Positions 58,569 through 64,000 of a DNA stretch of 64,000 nucleotides are shown piece after piece. Made by a program: the position numbers and the translations under genes. The notes under the pieces are model-generated. The model worked only from the letters and a program-made list of their open reading frames with translations. It was not told the DNA's origin and ran no database searches. Origin of the DNA: a virus; the IMG/VR virus record IMGVR_UViG_3300021478_000019, positions 1 through 64,000 of that record. The stretch is one strand, 5' to 3'. Position 1 is the first letter of the stretch. Each line of letters begins with the position of its first letter.

Positions 58569-58608
58569 CCTGACTTGCACCCAACCTTCGGTGTGGTAGG
58601 GTTTTGTC
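58569..58608 (+). promoter_or_regulatory. GACTTGCA promoter 14, with no downstream start codon
   Basis: CCTGAC-TTGCAC-N16-TAGGGT with extended -10 TG. Confidence 0.7.
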
Positions 58609-58681
58609 ACCGGGGATTGGAACCCTTCGGTGGTTGGTTGGTTGTGTCATCGTGAAGAGCCCCCTTCGGGGGGCTCTTCTA
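58609..58681 (+). ncRNA. Candidate ~72-nt small RNA
   Basis: Promoter, 5' hairpin, unpaired GU-rich segment, terminator hairpin; no ORF. Confidence 0.55.
58654..58679. terminator. Intrinsic terminator with UUCG loop
   Basis: GAAGAGCCCCC-TTCG-GGGGGCTCTTC. Confidence 0.85.
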
Positions 58682-58757
58682 GTTGTGGAGCCCCCTCCCC
58701 AGGGCGGGCGGGGAGGGAAGCTCCGAAGAGGGACGTGGTTGTTGTGACTACGTGCCC

Positions 58758-59453
58758 TCAGCAGCCATCGTAGGGTCTCCATGGCTGAGCGCCGTCCTTG
58801 GCGTACAGCTGCTGGAACGCCGCGTCCTGCTCCGACCGGGAGGCCGTCCAGGCGCTCCCAGACCGGCCCAGGCTGGCCCAGGTGCTGTTCAGGATCCCGT
58901 AAATGTTGCTGGACCCAGCACCGTTTGTCGACTCCCTGAAGGCCACACAGGACTGGAAGGAGCCCGGCGCCCCATATGACCGGGGCGCCGAGTACGACCT
59001 GCTCACCACAGGCGCCCGGACGGGTGTATAAGTCCTGGTAGGAGCCGTGTAGTAGTGGTGAACGGGAGGTGTACTGGCGGGGGCCGTGGGTAGAACAACA
59101 GGGGCCGGCACATAGCTGACAGGTGGGAGGGTGATGACCTGGCCCACCAGGATCAAGTTCGGATTGGGAACGTGGTTGTAGGAGGCCAGTTGTTCCCAGG
59201 TCCGGGCTGGGCGGGCTCGGGTGCCGATCAGCCAGAGGGAGTCTCCCGATCGCACGGTGACCCTCGGCATCGGCGCCTGGACCCGCAGCGCCGTGAGGAC
59301 GGCTCTCGGGGGCGAACCACTGGCCTGGGCCACATCTCCTACCGCTGGAAGGTGGCTACCGGGGCCTACCGGCGCCGCTGCTGCTGTCGCTGCGGATGCT
59401 GCAAAGGGAAGTGCGCCCGCTAGGGCGCACATGAGTAGGAACTTCTTCCTCAT
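58758..59453 (-). CDS. Secreted LysM plus Rpf-like transglycosylase
   Basis: Signal peptide; VRSGDSLW.I...NPNLI.VGQ (LysM); CVAFRES...Y....STW...GSA..AS..EQ..A...LY...G.QPW...C (Rpf); AAGGAG site. Confidence 0.88.
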   Translation of the reverse strand: MRKKFLLMCALAGALPFAASAATAAAAPVGPGSHLPAVGDVAQASGSPPRAVLTALRVQAPMPRVTVRSGDSLWLIGTRARPARTWEQLASYNHVPNPNLILVGQVITLPPVSYVPAPVVLPTAPASTPPVHHYYTAPTRTYTPVRAPVVSRSYSAPRSYGAPGSFQSCVAFRESTNGAGSSNIYGILNSTWASLGRSGSAWTASRSEQDAAFQQLYAKDGAQPWRPYDGC

Positions 59454-59630
59454 GGGTCTCCTTGGTCTCGGGGGACTTGCGAGGGCTCTGACTACGAACC
59501 CTGGTCTGTGTCGAGGGGCGCGCTCCTTCCTGGCTAGGTGAAACAGTGGATCTGGCAACCTTAGTCGATGTACAGTTCCGAAAACCGGTCTGGGGAAGAG
59601 CAGTCTCCGAGTCAGGAAAGGGCGATTTTT

Positions 59631-60011
59631 ATGGCGAGACGCAGCGCTGCCGACACCCTCATCGAGGAGGCTGCCATCTTCCTGCGCTGCCGGGCCTATG
59701 GCCACAGCTGGGACGAATTTTTCCCCGACGACATGGAGCAGCCCTGGTACGGCTGGCGGCTGAGCCTGCGCTGCGTCCGCTGCGGCACGGAGCGCCATGA
59801 CAACATCGACTTCAAGGGCGCCATGATGAGCCGACGCTACATCCACCCGCTGGGCTACCTGACCCGTAAAGGCGACGCCAAACCGACCAGGACTGAGTTC
59901 CGTGAGGAGCTATTTATCAGCCTGCGTGCCAGACTGGAGAAGATCAACGCGGTGGGCGAAGACGCTGAGATCACGCCCATCAAGTCGGCCCGGAAAGCCA
60001 GGAGCGCATGA
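59631..60011 (+). CDS. Hypothetical protein (CR..GH.W...C.RCGT.R)
   Basis: Zn-binding pattern; operon start. Confidence 0.7.
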   Translation: MARRSAADTLIEEAAIFLRCRAYGHSWDEFFPDDMEQPWYGWRLSLRCVRCGTERHDNIDFKGAMMSRRYIHPLGYLTRKGDAKPTRTEFREELFISLRARLEKINAVGEDAEITPIKSARKARSA

Positions 60012-60886
60012 CCACCCGTACCCGCACCCGCACCTCGACCAACGGCAAGGTGACCCACCGGGAGACGGTGGGCATCGAGGAGATCGACCCGGAGACGGCG
60101 CAGCGGTGGTTGGAGGGTAACGTCGATAACAGAGTCCTGCGGGAGTCTCGGGTCGTAAAGCTGGGTGGAATTCTTCAGCGGGACGAGTGGGAACTGACTG
60201 GCGACGCCATTGTTTTCGATGACCAGGACGTGCTGCTCAACGGCCAACACCGGCTGAGCGCCATCGTGGTCACCGGAATACCGGCCCGGCTCCTGGTCCT
60301 CCGGGGGGTCCCCTCCAAGGCACAGGAGGTCATGGATCAGGGGTTGAGCCGGAACTTGGGTGACCAGCTGCATCGCCGCGGCGTGTCCTACGCCTTCGTG
60401 ATCTCGGGGGGCCTGCACTGGCTGCACCAGATGCGCTACAACGAGGCCACCGGGGGCGCCCACTACGTGGACTCCGCGGAGCATCCCACCCTGCGCCAGC
60501 TGCTGGCCATCCATGAGGAGACCGCCCCCCACCTGGAGGAGTTGGCGCCCTCCATCAACAAGCTGCGCTACTACACCAAGGTCCGTCCGGGCCCCACCCT
60601 GGCCCTGCGCTACCGCCTGGGTCAGATCGACGAGACCGAGGCCCAGCTGTTCTTCGACTCCTGGCGGGAGGGCACCGGCCTGGCCAAGGATGACCCCATC
60701 TTCCGGCTACGGGAGTGGTGCATGGCTGACGCTCGCTTTCGCTCGACCAAGGGTCGGACGCCGGCCTACCGCTACGTGGCCTACGTACTGGTGGCCTGGA
60801 ACCGCTGGCGGGACCAGGTGCCCATGCGCCAGCTGACCTGGCACTTCACCCCCAGTCAGAAGGACCCATGGCCGACACCCCACTGA
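60008..60886 (+). CDS. ParB-like N-terminal domain protein
   Basis: I.PE.A..WL..N..NR, W..TG..I.FD....L.NGQHRL.AI, DQG..R. Confidence 0.85.
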   Translation: MTTRTRTRTSTNGKVTHRETVGIEEIDPETAQRWLEGNVDNRVLRESRVVKLGGILQRDEWELTGDAIVFDDQDVLLNGQHRLSAIVVTGIPARLLVLRGVPSKAQEVMDQGLSRNLGDQLHRRGVSYAFVISGGLHWLHQMRYNEATGGAHYVDSAEHPTLRQLLAIHEETAPHLEELAPSINKLRYYTKVRPGPTLALRYRLGQIDETEAQLFFDSWREGTGLAKDDPIFRLREWCMADARFRSTKGRTPAYRYVAYVLVAWNRWRDQVPMRQLTWHFTPSQKDPWPTPH

Positions 60887-61959
60887 CGTCTCGGCCCCGA
60901 GTGGGTAAGGCCCCTGGCGGGCGTCTGGCGAAAGGCACCGTCCCGCTCCCTGACGAAGTCGAGTCGCACCCGCGGGCCGGTAAGTGGAGTTGGGGTGGTG
61001 GTGACGGTGGTGACCCCTTCCTCCAGTCCCTGCGGCCCCAGGACGTGGCCCACCAGCGCCAGCAGCTGCTGCGCTGGTGGTCCCACCCCGGTGAGTGGCA
61101 GCACAAGTTCGCCCTCCATGGCCGGCGCAACATTCCCGGTTGGCTGGAGCATCCCGAACGGGAGGCCGAGGAGGTTCGCTGGTGGATGGAGGACACGTTC
61201 AGGAAGGCTGAGTTGTACTGGGTGAGCCCGGAGATGACCGACGTCATCACCACCCTGGCGCCCGGCATCCCCGACACCCTGCCCCAGCCTCCGGTGCCTC
61301 ACGCCCTGGTCATGTTCGCCAAGTCCATCCCTGGCACCGACGCCGAGGACGGCAGCAACATCTACACCTCGGCGTTCCTGTGGAGCGACATCGACCTGTA
61401 CAAGATCGGCCCTTGCATCGCTATGGAGAGCTACGCCTGGCGGGATTGGGTGGGCCTGTACCGGGGCCTCGACGACGAGGGCCAGCAGCTGTTCCGTGAG
61501 ATCTACCCCAACCGGCTCATGCCCACCGGGGGCTCGGAGTGGCCCATGGGTGCCCTGACCTCGGAGTTCGATACCGCCCCAGCTGAGGATGACCTGCAGA
61601 GGCAGTCCATGGTGGAGGACCGCCGGCTGCTGTCGACCTTCTGGGCCCTGGCCTCTCAGAAGATTGTGATCGAGTCTCGTCACCAGCCCTCTCGGGCAGA
61701 GCGGCGTGCCGCCCAGCGGGAGGGTCGTCCCCTCGACGAGGTTCGTGTGATCCGGCTGCGGGAACCCGCCACCCGCAGCCGCGGTGATGCTGGTTCGGAT
61801 GTGGAGTGGTCCCACCGGTGGATCGTCGGTAAACACTGGCGAAACCAGTGGTACCCCGCATCCGGCCAGCATCGCCCAAAGCTGATCGAGGCGTACCAGA
61901 AGGGCCCGGCTGACAAGCCTCTGGTGCTACGTGAGACAGTGCGAGCCTTGGTGCGGTAA
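60868..61959 (+). CDS. Phage protein with C-terminal HRW.V..HWR.QW domain
   Basis: SHRWIVGKHWRNQWY...KGP; true start uncertain. Confidence 0.7.
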   Translation: MADTPLTSRPRVGKAPGGRLAKGTVPLPDEVESHPRAGKWSWGGGDGGDPFLQSLRPQDVAHQRQQLLRWWSHPGEWQHKFALHGRRNIPGWLEHPEREAEEVRWWMEDTFRKAELYWVSPEMTDVITTLAPGIPDTLPQPPVPHALVMFAKSIPGTDAEDGSNIYTSAFLWSDIDLYKIGPCIAMESYAWRDWVGLYRGLDDEGQQLFREIYPNRLMPTGGSEWPMGALTSEFDTAPAEDDLQRQSMVEDRRLLSTFWALASQKIVIESRHQPSRAERRAAQREGRPLDEVRVIRLREPATRSRGDAGSDVEWSHRWIVGKHWRNQWYPASGQHRPKLIEAYQKGPADKPLVLRETVRALVR

Positions 61960-61976
61960 TCAAGAAAAGGAGAGAA

Positions 61977-62249
61977 ATGACACTCGTATCCGAAGCCCAG
62001 GTTGACAACATCGAGGAAGGGAAGCTGCTGTTCGTAATTCTTGACAAGACTGGCGACACCAAGCACATCTGGGACCGCAGCAATCCCGACGAGGTGGCCG
62101 AGGCCCGTGCCCTGTTCACCCGCATGACCGGTGAGCGCAAGTTCCAGGCGTGGTCGGTCACCAGGAAGGGTGACAAGGATCAGCGCATCACCGAGTTCGA
62201 CCCCCAAGCTGAGAAGGTGATCTTCGCCCCGGCCCTGGTGGGCGGCTGA
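61977..62249 (+). CDS. Small protein ending in di-glycine (ALVGG)
   Basis: AAGGAG site; LD.TGD....WD...EV..A...F...FDP.AE...P...GG. Confidence 0.75.
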   Translation: MTLVSEAQVDNIEEGKLLFVILDKTGDTKHIWDRSNPDEVAEARALFTRMTGERKFQAWSVTRKGDKDQRITEFDPQAEKVIFAPALVGG

Positions 62250-62869
62250 TGCCTCAGACCGGCTACTGGCCGCAGCAGTACTACAGCACCACCGCGGCCA
62301 CCATCAACTACACCCCGATCATCACCACCACAGCCATCAGCCCCAACACGATCTGGCAGAACTGGGTGAACACCTCGGCCACCACTATCACCTACGTTCC
62401 CACCTACTCCAACGAGGTGTGGCACAACTGGGCCAACCAGCTGAGCCAGTACGACTACCGGTACACGCTGCCGGCGCCGACGCCCGAAGCTATCCGTGAA
62501 GGCGAAGAGCGTTACGAGCGGCAGCGCCAGGAGCTACAGGCTGCCCGCACCCGTGCCCGTGTGCTGCTGGGCGAGTTCCTCAACGAGGGGCAGAAGACAG
62601 AGCTTGAGCGCCACGGTCGGTTCCATGTCACCGGGTCCAAGGGCCGGCGCTACTGCATCCGCACCAGCGGGCAGCAGGGCAACGTGGACCTGCTCACCGA
62701 CAAGGGCGACGTTCAGGCCACCTTGTGCGCCCACCCCCGTGGTGGCCTGCCTGACGGTGACGCCTGGCTGATGCAGCTGATTGAGATCCGTCATGACGAG
62801 GACCGTTTCCTGCACGTCGCCAACGTCCACCGTGGCCAGCTGCCTCGGGAGCTAGTCCGGGCGTACTGA
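62249..62869 (+). CDS. Partner protein with CAHP...P.GD..L.Q...DE..FL..AN domain
   Basis: TGATG coupling to the GG protein. Confidence 0.75.
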   Translation: MPQTGYWPQQYYSTTAATINYTPIITTTAISPNTIWQNWVNTSATTITYVPTYSNEVWHNWANQLSQYDYRYTLPAPTPEAIREGEERYERQRQELQAARTRARVLLGEFLNEGQKTELERHGRFHVTGSKGRRYCIRTSGQQGNVDLLTDKGDVQATLCAHPRGGLPDGDAWLMQLIEIRHDEDRFLHVANVHRGQLPRELVRAY

Positions 62870-62875
62870 CCCATG

Positions 62876-62957
62876 GGAGGAATGCAGAGGGGTCGGCGTG
62901 TGGGATTGATCACCCACCACTAGCCAGCGAGGAACGGCTGGCACCCTCTGCATCTCC
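62876..62957 (+). other. Three-way-junction structured element between convergent genes
   Basis: ATGCAGAGGG/CCCTCTGCAT closing stem with two internal hairpins. Confidence 0.45.
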
Positions 62958-63175
62958 TATGGCTCGGTGGTACCGCCCAGCGCCGCTGCGATCTCGGACA
63001 CCTTGGCCTCGACCGCGGCCACCAGTTCGTCCACCTTGGCCTCGATGGCGGGCCGCACCTCGGCAGCGGCAGCCTGTACCGCGGTCTTGATTTCGGCAGC
63101 CTTGGCCTGGACGCTGTCGATCAGGGCCCGGAGATCTGCGGCGACGGGGTTATCAGCAGGGGGAGTATCAGTCAT
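62957..63175 (-). CDS. Small Ala-rich amphipathic helical protein
   Basis: MTDTPP...; repeating AAxEAKV pattern. Confidence 0.6.
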   Translation of the reverse strand: MTDTPPADNPVAADLRALIDSVQAKAAEIKTAVQAAAAEVRPAIEAKVDELVAAVEAKVSEIAAALGGTTEP

Positions 63176-63204
63176 GATGTCGATGCTAATGCGGGAGGTC
63201 AACA

Positions 63205-64000
63205 GTGAAAGTCGAAGCCGTTCAATGCGACGCCAAGGGTTGCCCCAATATCGAGGTGCCCGAGGGGGCCGATCTGCCTTACGGCTGGTTGCTGGTGGAT
63301 ATCTACCAGGAGGGTGACGGCAACGTGGTGAACGGTGCCGTCTTTTGCTCCTGGGTCTGCTTGAGCGCCAACAGCCAGGCGCGCACCCCGGCGGCGCCGC
63401 TCAAGCGCAAGCGCCGCACCAGGGCCCAGATCGAGGCCGATGCGTTGGCTGCTACCCACGGCTCTGTCCCTGACCTGGAGATCCCCAGTGCCTGACGTAC
63501 CGGACAGCCTGGAGGCGTTCCCTCCGGTGTCTGAGCTAGGCGGCGCCATCGGGCGCACGGCCTCTCCAGCCTGCAAGCAGGGCCAGCATGACCTGTGCCA
63601 GGACGACAGCTGCCAGTGCCGCCATCATGAGCGGCTCTGGTACGACCGCGTCATCTCCTGATGCACCAGGAGACCTTCAACCTGGTCTGCGTGATCTTGG
63701 AGGACTCAGCCGGCAAGGACGTCGAGGAGATCGCCGCCACCATCCTGCGAGATCTGGGCTTCCAGGGGGAGGAGATCCTCGACCACCTGGACCCGCCCAA
63801 GGGGATTGGGCGCTGGCTGGAGTCACACGGGCTGTCCCTGGTGGCCACCCATGAGGTGGCCCCACCGCAGGAGTGGGATGAGCTAGAACAAGAGGCCCAC
63901 CTGGAGGAGGCTCGACTTGAGGGGGGGACTCCCAAGGGAGAGATACCGTCACTCCAGGTGGGCGATTACGTAGAGTACAAGACCGCCCCACAGGGTCCGC
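63205..64000 (+). CDS. Small ORFs 63205-63495 and ~63488-63661, then a partial ORF from 63661 to the window end
   Basis: GGGAGG site; TGATG coupling at 63659-63663. Confidence 0.55.

Larger units (their letters stand above)
1..64000. mobile_element. Segment of a myovirus-type phage or prophage genome, probably temperate and actinobacterial
   Basis: Contractile tail module, dense overlapping small ORFs, serine integrase, no host housekeeping genes. Confidence 0.93.

Noticed and set aside
21406-58608. GACTTGCA repeats as a CRISPR array or insertion-sequence ends
   Set aside because: They are dispersed, oriented with the genes, at fixed distance from start codons, and no cas or transposase gene is present
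58608-58632. Minus-strand GGGTTCCAATCCC resembling a tRNA T-arm
   Set aside because: No acceptor, D or anticodon arms can be built around it; it is better explained as the 5' hairpin of the plus-strand RNA
59454-59570. Possible c-di-AMP (ydaO) riboswitch upstream of the Rpf gene
   Set aside because: The conserved ydaO segments are not recognisable and the leader seems too short

Overview
The window is a segment of a GC-rich tailed phage genome. The host is inferred to be actinobacterial from GC content, leaderless genes and gene families. It has four parts. (1) 1-13.9 kb is a contractile-tail module: sheath, tube, chaperone with a probable +1 frameshift, tape measure with a lysozyme domain, tube initiator, LysM protein, hub, two gp5-N proteins and fibres. 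(2) 14-34 kb is a block of small genes. It includes five tandem paralogues sharing an N-terminal 'PLELPAN' domain, three of them with IPT/TIG Ig domains, and a set of unrelated proteins (GNAT, ParB-like, Zn finger, acidic) sharing a short N-terminal 'LS/NxxQF' tag that looks like a packaging signal. (3) 34-50 kb is a divergent early-type region (ArdC, split HARP and SNF2 helicase) driven by repeated leaderless promoters, GACTTGCA-N16-18-TAnnnT-N6-7-ATG, with 14 copies in the window, followed by about 1 kb of non-coding DNA. (4) 51-64 kb holds a putative DNA-binding operon, a large serine integrase, a secreted LysM-Rpf protein, a ParB-like protein and a gene pair whose first member ends in di-glycine. 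One promoter copy beside the integrase drives no ORF, only a ~72-nt terminated RNA whose unpaired middle is complementary to the ATGAC(A/C-rich) starts of many early genes. No capsid, portal, large terminase, polymerase, tRNA or CRISPR array was recognised. All product calls come from reading motifs by eye, not from database searches.
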